From positions 6,758,001-6,822,000 of the forward strand of contig JBHGNT010000009.1 in assembly GCA_043228905.1 (NCBI GenBank): a DNA stretch of 64,000 bases, given 5' to 3'. Position 1 is the stretch's first letter. The number at the start of each line of letters is the position of its first letter. This DNA is from Azolla caroliniana (taxonomy: Eukaryota; Plantae; Polypodiophyta). The translations under genes and the position numbers were made by a program. Under the pieces are notes generated by a model. That model saw only the letters and a program-made list of their open reading frames with translations. It searched no databases and was not told the origin of the DNA. Below are positions 1-11,411 of this stretch, in pieces.

Positions 1-129
1 GCCTTGGCCGAGTTTGTTCGTCGGCACTGTTCTCTTACCTTCCCATCCGGAGGGACCTGTCTCCCAACAAACTCCCCCTTCACTCCGGCATGGGGTGTCT
101 TACCAGTCCGATTCTCTTCCGGCATGCAT

Positions 130-3100
130 CCAGCTTGTCGGGTGTCAGCACTTTGGTCAGCATATCTGACCCGTTCTCGGCCGTGTGGATCTTCGTCAGT
201 GCGAACTCCTGGTCATCCACTCTTTCTCAGATCCAGTGATACCTCCGCTGGATATGCTTCGTCCGGGAATGGTAGGCCGCATTCTTAGCAAGGTGGATGG
301 CACTTTGACTATTGCAATAGAGTCGGTATTCCTCTTGCCGTATGCCGAGCTCTCCAATGAAGTCCTTCATCCATAAAATTTCCTTGCCGGCTTCCACAGC
401 TGCCATGTACTCCGCCTCTGTGGTTGACAATGCAACCGTCTTTTGCAGCCTCGACTGCCACGAAACAGCTCCCCCTGCATATGTCATTACATACCCGGAT
501 GTAGACCGACTGGTATCCACATCAGCCGACATGTCCGAATCGGTGAAACCGTCCAGTTGAGGTTTTCTGGAGCCGAATCGAAGACACATATTTGAAGTGC
601 CCTTCAAATACCGGAGTATCCATTTGACCGCGTTCCAGTGCTCCTTGCCGGGATTGCTCATAAACCAGCTCACCACCCCGACTGCGTATCCTATATCCGG
701 TCGGGTACACACCATTGCATACATCAAGCTCCCAACGGCAGAGCCATATGGGATCTTCATCATTTCCGCCTTCTCTGCTTTCGTCTTCGGGCTTTGCTTG
801 CCGGATAGCTTGCAGTTTGTCGGAAGTGTTGATCCGACCGGCTTCGCTTCTGACATGTTGAACCGGTGAAACACCTTTGTCACATACTTCTCCTGTGACA
901 GCCATAATTGCTTCACTGACCGGTCCCGAATGATGTGCATCCCCAGCATCTGTCTTGCCAGACCCAAGTCTTTCATTGAGAAGGTCCAGTTGAGAGCCTT
1001 CTTCAGCATCCGTATTTTGACTTGGTCTCGTCCGACGATCAACATGTCATCCACGTACAGGAGGAGTATCAGGAAGTCCCCTCCTTCGAACTTCTTCACA
1101 AACACGCAGTGATCAGCCTGCATCTTGTGGTACCCTTGATCGGTCATGAAGGAGTCGAACTTCCGATACCATTGCCGGGGAGCCTACTTCAGTCCGTATA
1201 GGCTCTTCTTCAACCGGCATACCAGGTGCTCCTTCCCTTTCTCCACAAATCCTTCCGGTTGCTGCATGTAGATCTCCTCTTCGAGGTCGCCGTGAAGGAA
1301 TGTCGTCTTCACGTCCAGCTGCTCTACCTCGAGGTCCATGCTTGCTGCTATACTCAGCACCGTCCGAATGGAGGTCATCTTTACTACCGGGGTGAATATC
1401 TCGTCGAAGTCCACGCCCTTCTTCTGCTGGAACCCCTTCACCACGATCCTGGCCTTGTATCTCGGGGGGTTGCCGGCATCTCCCGGTTTCAACTTGTACA
1501 CCCACTTGTTTCGGAGTGCCCGCTTTCCTTTCGGCAGCTCCACCAATTCGTACGTATGGTTCTCATGCAGGGAATCCATCTCATCCTGCATGGCACTTAA
1601 CCATTTTCGGCTGTGGGTGTCTTCCTTCGCTTCTTCGAAGCTTTCCAGCTCCTCCTCATTGGTCAGCAGAACATGCTCTGCATCCGGAAATCTCCAGGGC
1701 GCCCTTCTCTCTCTAAGAGGATATCTACGTCTTTGGGCTTCGGTAACCGGCTCCTCCATTTTCTCTTCATCCGAATCCGATTCGGGGTCTTGACCGGTTC
1801 CGGTCTCAGCTTCCTCTACTTCTTCTTCTGCCGGTTCGGTATCCTCACCGTAACCGGCTAGTTCCTCGAGTGCTAACCGGTCGCTTGCCGGTTGGGTCTG
1901 CTCATCGTAGAGTCTATCCTTACCAGTCGACTCGGAGTTCATTATCTTCTTCTCCGACTCCCAGTCAGCGAACGTCTTGTCCTCCATGAAGATGATATCT
2001 CGACTCCGGAATACCTTCTTGTCGACCGGGTCCCACACTCGGTAGCCAAACTCATCGTCACCGTAACCGAGGAATATGCATGGCCGGGTCTTTGGATCTA
2101 GCTTTCCTCTCCGGTCCTTAGCTACATGCACGTACGCGAGACACCCGAACACCTTCAGATGCCGGTAGGATACTTCCTTACCGGTCCACACTCTCTGTGG
2201 CGTGTCTCCGTCCAAGGGTACTGAGGGTGATCTATTTATCACGTATGTCGCCGTCGACAGTGCCTCAGCCCAAAACTTCTTGGGTAGTTTTGCATGCGCT
2301 AGCATACTCCGGACCCTCTCCATTATGGTCCGGTTCATCCTCTCGGCCAGTCCGTTTAGTTCCGGCGTCTTCGGCACGGTAAATTCGAGCCGGATTCCCT
2401 TCAAGCGGCAGTACTCCTCGAACTGTCCCCGGTATTCTCCTCCGTTGTCTGCTCGAACCGCCTTCAGCTTCCGACCGGTTTCTCTTTCCACTCTCGCGTG
2501 GAGCTCTTTGAAGACGGATAACACCTGATCCTTCGTCTTCAACGGTGTGGCCCACAGCTTCCGGCTGTGGTCATCTATGAACGTCACGAAGTACTGCGCT
2601 CCGGCATGTGACTTCGTGTCTACTTGACACACATCCGTATGCACTAACTCCAGTGGTGCATTACGTCTCATCGGTGGCCTTGGTCGAAAGGAGGTCCGGT
2701 TCTGCTTACCGGCCAGACAATCAGTGCACTTCTCTAAGTGCACGTTCTTCACTGGAATGAGGTTGTCGTCTGCAAGCCTCTTCATCCCCTTCTCGCTCAT
2801 ATGACACGACCTCTTGTGCCACAGCTCACCGGTAGTGTCGGATGCCACGTTCACTTCTTCCGGACATAACCGGGCATTCATCAGGTACAGCGTGTTGACC
2901 TTCCGAGCCCGAGCCACAATCAGGCTCCCTTTGCTGAACTTCATGACCCCGTTCTTGATGCTACCCGTGTAGCCTTCATCATCTAGTCGACCGGCTGATA
3001 TCAGGTTCAGACGAACCTCCGGAACGTGTCAGACATCCTTCAGTAGCAACTTGCATCCGGTTGGTGTTGACAGCCACACGTCTCCTATGCCGATAATTCG

Positions 3101-4126
3101 GCATGTACCTTCATTCCCCATCCGGACACAGCCATGGTCACCGGCTGAGTAGGATGAGAAGCATTTCCGGTCCGAGGTAAGGTGGAACGACGCTCCAGAG
3201 TCTACCACCCAGGTCATCTCGTCATCGGCAAGGTTTATATCACTCTCCTCAGTGATGAGCATCAACTCTTCTTCACTTGCCGTGATTGTTGTCGTTCCCT
3301 TCCGGTCCGTCCCCTTCCGGTCTTTACCGTTCCGGTCCGGGGTTTGCTTCGAATCGGTACCGTCGGTTTCCTTGTCTTTACGGAAATGCCCACAGTTCTT
3401 TTGGAAGTGTCCCGGCTTGCCGCAATAGAAGCAAGTAGGCCTCCCCATTGACTTTGACTGTGTCCCCGACTTCTCCCGGTTCTGGGGACTACGGTTTCTA
3501 TGTCTTCCGCGTTCCGATTCGGTAAGGAGCGCTTTGGAGTCGGAGCTAGTATCTATATCCTTTCAACACGCCTACTCATCTAGCAAGCTCGACTTTACTC
3601 TTGCTAGGGATAACCGTTTTCCTTCCGGCCCGGCGTTGCCCAAAGTGACAACAAACGTCTCCCAGCTATCCGGGAGGGAACAGAGCAGGAGTAGTGCTAA
3701 TACCTCATCGGCAAGAGGTACTTCCAATAACGTTGCCTGGTGTATCAGCCCCTGGAAAGCATTCATATGCTCCGCCATGCTGGAGCCATCTTGGTACCGG
3801 AGTCTTACTAGCTTCCGGAATACCAAAACCTCATTAATAGCATTTTTGTTTTGAAACATTATGCCGATCTTCTCCCAGAGCTCATGAGCCTTGCTCTCTT
3901 CATTGAAGTTGTTGTACAGGCTCATGTCGATGAAGCACCGTATGTACGCCGTTGTCTTCATGTGCATCACCTCCCATATCGCAGCGTCGATTTTGTCCGG
4001 TCTCTTGTCCCCGAACTGAACCGGCAGCCAGAGGTCTTTAACAACGAGCATGTCCCTCATCTTCGACTTCCATACTGAATAGTTGGAGCCGGTGAGCTTG
4101 AACATGCCGCCAAATGATTCGTCCAT
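130..4126 (-). pseudogene. copia gag-pol polyprotein (gag, CCHC knuckle, protease DSGAS, integrase, RT YVDD, RNase H) with in-frame stops
   Basis: ORFs 3572-4126, 3029-3448, 1184-2944 and 227-1147 share one frame and are separated by single nonsense codons; motifs CFYCGKPGHFQKNC, WVVDSGASFH, HTDVC..FIDDHSR, LLYVDDML, SWQSRLQ; 3' end approximate. Confidence 0.93.
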
Positions 4127-4607
4127 TTTCTGTGTCGATTTCGCTCTGATACCAATTGACGGGAACCTAACGCTCCTTATGCACTAAGCTCGGCCACAAC
4201 CGAGATTCTTTTCATACACAGAAAACAGGAAACAAATGCACGACACAAAGGAGAGGAAGATACATAGGAGGTTTACGTGGAAAACCCAAAGAGGGAAAAA
4301 CCACGGCAACCCACAGGCTGCAAACTGTCACTATGTGAGAATGTACAACAGTGAGTTCAATGAGGCAACGACCTCGTGCTCACAGATCTTCGCCACAGGC
4401 GGCGGTTACAACAGAGGCAAAGACCTCTTTCTCTCTCTCTCTCTCTGTACACTATTACGTGCTCTCTCTTCTTCTTGCACCAACAAGAAAAATGACAAGT
4501 ACAACTAACAGTTTGCCCTAATTCATATTTATACTAATATGACTTTTCGGCTATTTACAAATATAGCCTTGATGGGCTCTCAGAAACATATTTACGAATA
4601 TGTCTCT

Positions 4608-4882
4608 TCCTCCGGTTCTCACCGGTTCTGCACCATCCGGCTCTCCGTAGCCGGGTACTCCTCATCCGGTTCACACCGGGCCTGCACCATCCGGCTCTCC
4701 GTAGCTGGGTACTACTCATCCGGTTCACACCGGGCCTGTATCATCCGGCTCTCCGTAGCCGGGTACTCCTCATCTGGTTCACACCGGGCCTGTATCATCC
4801 GGCTCTCCGTAGCCGGGTACTCCTCATCCGGTTCACACCAGGCCTGTATCATCCGGCTCTCCGTAGCCGGGTACTCCTCATA
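4608..4882. repeat. ~54-bp tandem repeat (~5 copies) inside the copia LTR
   Basis: unit CCGGTTCACACCGGGCCTGTATCATCCGGCTCTCCGTAGCCGGGTACTCCTCAT. Confidence 0.9.
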
Positions 4883-5922
4883 CCGTTTCGGCCTCGGCCG
4901 AGTTTGTTCGTCGGCACTGTTCTTCTCCCTTCCCATCCGGAGGGACCTGTCTCCCAACAAGAACAACTCGATGAATTGATTTATTAATCACTGAGGCTTT
5001 TGGTACGGGTTAACTAAACACTTGTCGCCAAAAACATGGCGTAACTTCTTCGTCACTGTTGGGCACATGATATAATTTACGAAGTTTCGCTCATTCACAT
5101 GTGCCCAAGCCTTCTTCTTAGAAATTGCGTCGTAGTACCCCACGCACAAATGCTCCACAACACTCACCATTCGATCTCCCAGGGTACGAGTTATATTTGT
5201 GTTAACCCTATTTGTAATGGAATGGAAATAAGTCAATATGTATATAGTAAGTACAATTGAAACCATATATAAAATAGAAACAACTTAAAGCTTACCAATG
5301 CATGTGTTCAATTGCATGGCATCTCGACTTTAATGCAGTATTGATTGATAAAGCCTGACCCATACTATGAAATATAACAATTCTCCACAATGGAACCAGG
5401 GTCAGCTCTACAAAGTCCTTCACCATCTTTTCTATCTGAGGATATTTATAAGGCACGCCGTCGTATGTGGACCCCGTCATTGGAAACCCGTATGGTATGT
5501 CCGTGACAAGCAATGTATAATGCCTCTTGGGTAATATGTCAAGCATATTGCCCACATCGCCATTATATACACTATAATACAATTGGCAGAAAGGATTAGC
5601 CTTGTGTAAAAATCTCTTTACTGTGTCCGAGTCTTTGGGCACCTCTTGCTCCTTTCCTTTCATCATTCTCTTTTCGTCCTTCGCTTGTTCCAAATGAGTG
5701 ATGAATGCACTTGGAATACCTTCATTACAATCACCCAATTTTTTGGAGTGAGGTGGTTTCTGCAATTATAAGATTTATAAGAAAATGCACATTATCCTAA
5801 AATCAACTATTTAAGATATAAACACACATACCCATTCTCTAAATACAATGAAAAATTCTTCAAGAGCCTAAGTTGTATGATGATGTTTTTGGGCACGACT
5901 GCTCCACTTCTTCTGATGTAGG

Positions 5923-6764
5923 TGTGAAAGTGTTTTTAGAATCTAAGCCATTGAACATTAGAAGAATATAAAGGATGGATAATTCACATTTGGAGGCTAA
6001 GAACACAAACCAAGACCTTAGGAAGAAGTCAAAAGTAAAAGTAAGAGACCAAAAGAAAAGTAAAAAGAGAAAAAGCGGACCATAAAAAATAGTAAAAAAG
6101 GAATGGTCATAACTCCTCCGTTTTTCACCCAAATTTTATGTTTAAATATAGGTTAGAACGCTTGTAAAGATAGCTATCTATATCGCTTTAAATCACTAAA
6201 TTTGGAGCTCTGATGAGGGAGATATGACGATTTGAAGGTCGCTAGGTCTTAGCTAAAAATAAGAGATAAAAAGCTTCTAAAAATAGAGTGAACGAGGAAG
6301 AAGAAGAAAATTATAATAGAGGAGGAGGATTAGGAAGAAAGGTCTTAGTGGGAGGAGGGATCCTAATAGAGGAGCAGGAGGATTAGGAAGAAGGTCTTAG
6401 TGGAAGGAGGGAATCCTAATAGAGGAGGAGGGATCCTAATAGGGGAGCAAGAGGATTAGGAAGAAGGGTCTTAGTGGAAGAGGAAGGGTCTTAATTGTGG
6501 GTTTGAGTGATTGGTAGTAAGAAGGTCTTTGGTTTCTTAGTTGAATGTGGAGTTTATCTCCTTTGTATTGTCTTGATATTGGAATATCATGACAATCTTA
6601 TTTCTTTCTCATCCTCTCTATCTTTTTTCTTAATTTCTTGAGTCTCTCTCTAATTCGTAGATACCTTGATCTATATAATATATTATGAGTCACAACTCCA
6701 TCTAACCGGTTAGGTCAAGCCCTCGTATAGTGTAAGATTACCCTTTGTCTTAAACATCCTATCA
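5923..6764. mobile_element. solo LTR
   Basis: TG...CA termini, exact 5-bp TSD GTAGG (5918-5922 and 6765-6769), internal purine-rich repeats. Confidence 0.85.
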
Positions 6765-8100
6765 GTAGGCAGGGACAGATTTTTCATCATCAACTCTTGT
6801 ATCTTCATGTAAACCTTATGGCTAAAAAACATTACACATAAAGGTTAGAATCAAGAGCAAATTAACAAAGCAATCCAATAAAAAATTATCATCACATATA
6901 TTACTCACTTTTGAAACTCTGTGACCATTTCATCCAAGTTAAATTCCTTGGTGGCCACTCTTGATAATACAGATATTAATAATCTGTCATCTTTTATCCC
7001 TTGCAATGACCGTCAAGGAAGCAACTTCATGTCCTCGGCTAATTCCTCTATTACCAAGTCACTTTTACGTGACTTAGACTTCATTTCCACTTGAGGGTCC
7101 AACTTAGCCTTCTTTGAACGTCGACAATGTATCTCTTTTCGCTCCCACATACTGAATATTCGATCTTGGAGGTCTCACACCTCCCCTATTCTGGAAACAA
7201 GTTGAAACCATGAGTCGTACTTTCTCAGGCCTTCAGACTTTGTGCTTTCATCAACTACTTTCCCCACTTCAAGCAAACATTGTTGTCGCAATCTAGGACG
7301 CAGCCTAGGACCAAATTTTTGCAAAGCATCAAGGTAATCGTGATGAAAGAACTGATGCAATCTACATCTTTTGTCTATAGTCATTATCATTATTGTGGTC
7401 CCAGGCTAGCAATTTCGCTTCTTCATGTGTAAGACCAGCATACACTTTACATTCTGCATATTTGAAGAAGGTTGTAAGAGGATACTCCTTAATAAGTTGA
7501 CGTCGGGCTTTAGTAGAGTGGGATCCTCTAGTAATGTAGCATGTATAATCATCTACTGAAATGTACTTGAAGTCTGCTATAGTTGGGCATTGATCTAGGT
7601 CTATCATTACTAAGAATATCATAACAATAGCATGTGGATTGAACTTCATTTTGCTTTTTAAATTTTGCATATGCACTGAATGCGGCTCTCTTATCTCTAG
7701 AGCCCATCTTCCTGTTTCTGGATCAATTGGTGGCCTCTGAATTGAACATATCGGTAATGAAACAATTGTTCCTTATGGACAAGTTTAGTCTTTGTGATAT
7801 TTTCATGAATCCAATTTTGTTACGAGGTGAGGATTCCCGAGGCAATCTGGCCACCTAAAGGAATTACTTCTAGTTGTGTATCTTCCTCCTCATCTTCGAT
7901 GAACTCGAGAACTTCAGGCTCGTCATCCTCAAGATGTTGCCGTTTCTTATATTTCTTGTGTTCTGATTTTCCTTTTTTGGCAGTCTTAGGCGGGGTGCTT
8001 GCTTGCGTTAGTTGTTCTTCGTTTGGACATCTTTCTTTAAGGCTTTGGGGTGGCAAGAGTCTGTTACAAAATTGCCTTCATCAATCCAAACCCTGCGCAA

Positions 8101-8617
8101 TGTGCGGAATAGCGCTCAGCCACAACCGAGACTCAAACACTTAATGGAAGAACAAAAAACAAAAATGGAGGTAAATGCACTTACATAGAATAGACGATGC
8201 AAGATGTTTATGTGGAAAACCCTAATAGGGAAAAACCATGAGAACCCACAGACTCCAACTATCACTATATGAGAAAGGAGGTACAACAGGAGACTCAAAG
8301 GCAATGACCTCGAGCTCTATGTCTTCGTACACAGGCGGTTACAAACAAAAACTCGTTCTATATATCTCTCTCTATATATATACAACAATGATACAATGAA
8401 CTACGACTTTTAAAGTGATTGCCTTAAGTCATATTTATACTTATATGACTTTAAGACTATTTACAAATATAGCCTTTACAGGCTCACCAGAAACATATTT
8501 GCATATATGTCCTTGAACCGGATCATCCGGATACCTTCCGGTCCGGTCCGGTTCCTTCCTTCGGCTCATCCGATCCGGCTCCTCTGGTTCTCATCCAGAA
8601 GGACCAGATTCCCAACA
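8101..8617 (-). mobile_element. solo LTR related to the 4157-4959 copia LTR
   Basis: TG...CCCAACA termini, exact TSD CGCAA (8096-8100 and 8618-8622); shares blocks GTGGAAAACCC, AACCCACAG, CTATTTACAAATATAGCCTT, CAGAAACATATTT with the copia LTR. Confidence 0.9.
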
Positions 8618-9160
8618 CGCAACCCCCCTAAGCTCTCAACATCAAGTCGTAGGTTCGGTGAGTCATTGTCCTTAATGTTCTTTATTTGCCCGTATGTGAA
8701 GGTCTTTCCCACTTGAAGCCCTTCAAACTTTGTAAATACGAGGACATTCTTCATGGAGGTAGCTCTTGCGGCGAGGCTCCACAGGCTTATCGGCTAATGT
8801 CTTCATAGTATTGCCGACTGAAGACTTTGAGGTCCCGTCACCTACCGACTCAATCAAAGTTCTTCGAGATTCTTGTTTATTCACGTTGTCAGTAGGCTTC
8901 TTGGTAGGGGAGGGAATCTTTGAGTTAAAAGATGGAACTTTTTGACGAGGTTCACTGCAAACAATAGGCAATAACACAATCATATGAAAATATTCTTAAA
9001 AATGGATATGGAAAACGTTAAAACAAAGATAAAGTTGATTAAAATCAATAGAAAAACCTCGAGTTTTAATATAATTTAGTATCATAAATACTCAAAAAAA
9101 TGCTATCAAATTATCAATAAAATTACTATTTGTAGCACATCAATCACAAAATTGTGTCCT

Positions 9161-9317
9161 TTCAACGGCAACTCCATGCACTGCATCGAGTTCCTGCCTG
9201 CTTTCAATAGGAACTCGATGCAATTTTCAACGACAACTCGATGCAATGCATTGAGTTCCCGTTGACAGAGGGTTGCCTTCAACGAAAGAGGGTTGCCTTC
9301 AACGGGAACTCGATGCA
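9161..9317. repeat. array of 20-bp motif TTCAACGGGAACTCGATGCA in direct and inverted orientation
   Basis: forward copies at ~9161, 9203, 9226, 9298; inverted copies at ~9182-9194 and 9247-9265, forming two palindromes. Confidence 0.8.
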
Positions 9318-9319
9318 GT

Positions 9320-11280
9320 GAGGTATACCATGCGTATAAGGATGACATGTTATTAGAATGTGTACCTTACATACAATATCAACATTTTAATCGATTATGG
9401 AGATTGAAGTTAAACAATGTGGTCATACCACGTAAGGTCTGAATGGGTGTTTGTTCTGTATGTGCAAGTTTTAAAAGCATGGCAAAGAGTGGGACAACAG
9501 ATGAAGAAAGAAAGAATTATAAGAATTTATTATAAGAACATCGAGAAAGCCAAGCGTTGGAAAGATCTAAAGCTATGCACCATCATCAAAAAGCGCTTCA
9601 ATCACCGGAAAGGTACATGTGCTTGATTATAGATGGAATGGATTGGAAGAAAATTGCCACACTTTCAAAGGTTGCCCAAGGATATTGGAGAGGAATGCCT
9701 AGTGCAGATGCCCTTAGTAGGTTGTCTTCTGTATTGTCAGACAATAAGGCCTCAAGTGTTCCTAACTTATCCAAATATCCACAACGATCCTAATCTTATA
9801 ACAACAGTCATGCAAAGATTTTTTGCAGATTTGGCAAGGTATACTCCCGTCGATACTATACGTGCAACTAGACAACACGGCAAGAGAAAACAAGAACTCG
9901 ACTATGTTTCGTTATTTAAGCATGTTAGTAGATAGGGGTATATTAAAAAATATTAAGGTCAACTTCTTACTAGTTGGTCACACACATGATCACATAGATC
10001 AAATGTTTAGTAGGTTCTCCAAGAAATTAGGGAGATGCGATGCATTCACACTTCCTATGCTGTCAATGTTGATCACTTATGCTTATACCCCAAAGCTAGA
10101 TGTACAACATTAAAATGAAGTTCATGATTTTAAATGCTTCTGTGTGGATGGTGATGGGACTCGCTATAGGGTTCTTGCTCGGCTTAATAATATCATTTTT
10201 AACCACTTCTTCCTCATCCAAAAAGTTAAGTCAGTCACAACCAAACGATGTTGTATGCCAAATAATACTCATCTAGTTCGCAATGGGAGTGCCACAAGAC
10301 AGATGTAGGCTCTTATTGCATTTTCCAGATGTAGTAATTTATGGTGCAAAACAAATGCCCTATGACGACCATAAAAGATTGGCTACTGGTAGTTCGATTT
10401 AAGAGAAAAAGATATATTGGATGTGGTGTCTTGAGGAAAAATGCAAAAATATTGAGCGTACCAAAAAGTATGTTGGTGATCAAGATGTGGAATGTTGGGG
10501 TAGCTTCTTTAATCATCAACATATGATATTTGATAGCCACTTTGCGGGTTAGTGGCCACCACAAAATCAATTCAAATGGAATATTGGTGGCCCATCAATG
10601 GCGAGCACAACTCCTTTACAACCACTAGAGAATCGTGAATTGAATACTCTAGTTCGTCCATGATAAAGAGATATTTACGTGGGACCAAGAATATCGATTG
10701 TTGTAGAGGCGAGATGGCAAGGAAATCTACATGAGCTACAAGTTGGTATGTTGGTTGCAACATTAGCTGGGGTTGATAAGTTGGGCTATCCCTTATGGAT
10801 TGCTAAAATCACCGAAATTATTAAAGATGATGAAGGCAATCAAGTTCAATCCATTGTGGTTCATTGGTATCATACCTCTTCCCTAGATGCATTTATTGGG
10901 AAGTACTCTTTAGAGATGGTTAAGGATGTTGAAGGCACAAGCAGAAACAGAGAAGAAAGAATCTACCCAACACGTCTACTCTAACACTTGATAATGTCGA
11001 CATACTAGTGTATGACTTCTCCTTGTCCAAAGCAGGTCATCTAAGACAGACTACAATCAAGATAATAAAAGAGGTGATCCAAGATGTGCCTCTTAACACA
11101 ACATAGAGACGAATAAGGAGTATATCTCATAATCACGGTGACGCTAGATTGCAATTGGATGAAGACAATGCATTGGTTGCTAGTGATGATGAGGATGAGA
11201 CCTCACAAAGCTCTTCTAGTTCATCGGATGGGTTTGAAGGGGAAGACGTATATTTGGGAAGTGATGGTTCTCATATATGA
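9320..11280 (+). pseudogene. Sola-like DDE transposase (DUF7869-type), frameshifted, with C-terminal beta-barrel-like and acidic tail
   Basis: FNRLW..VVIPRK..CSVC; YMCLIIDGMD..LPHF; LYVQLDNTARENKN...VNFLLVGHTHDHIDQMFSRFS; C-terminal YPLWIAKITEII...IVVHWYH; multiple stops and frameshifts. Confidence 0.75.
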
Positions 11281-11411
11281 AAAGTAAATAGTGTATGTTA
11301 CATCGAGATGGAGATTCACGAATATGTATAAATATAGTGTTAGTCATTTTGTAATTTTTGTACGTTCTCTTGTAAATTTCATGTGTCGATTATTTAGGCA
11401 TTTTTTAAAGT

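Larger units (their letters stand above)
1..4959 (-). mobile_element. Ty1/copia LTR retrotransposon (Tnt1/Tork-like), 3' LTR runs off the window
   Basis: 5' LTR 4157-4959 (minus strand TGTTGGGAG...CCCGTCA); PBS TGGTATCAGAGCGA at 4141-4154 (tRNA-iMet); PPT AAGGGGGAGT at ~71-80; start of 3' LTR at 1-69 matches 4891-4959. Confidence 0.95.
4960..8954 (-). pseudogene. spliced ParB/Srx-like domain plus beta-class N6A/N4C DNA methyltransferase, disrupted
   Basis: ParB-like segment IREPHSVHMQNLKSKMKFNP...YITRGSHSTKAR...VYAGLTHEEAKLLAWDHN (7362-7760); MTase YNGDVGNMLDILPKRHYTLLVTDIPYG (5292-5765) and VNPYQKPQ*LINQFIELF (4960-5010); GT-AG introns 5208-5295, 5760-5831, 6822-6908; interrupted by two solo LTRs and a copia. 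Confidence 0.75.

Noticed and set aside
4539-4979. 146-aa repetitive ORF and CRISPR-like appearance
   Set aside because: It is the translation of a 54-bp tandem repeat inside an LTR; there are no unique spacers or cas genes
4960-8954. bacterial contamination as the source of the MTase
   Set aside because: It has GT-AG introns and plant LTR insertions with TSDs, and is contiguous with plant sequence
9161-9317. possible CRISPR array
   Set aside because: Copies occur in both orientations with irregular, very short spacing in a eukaryotic context
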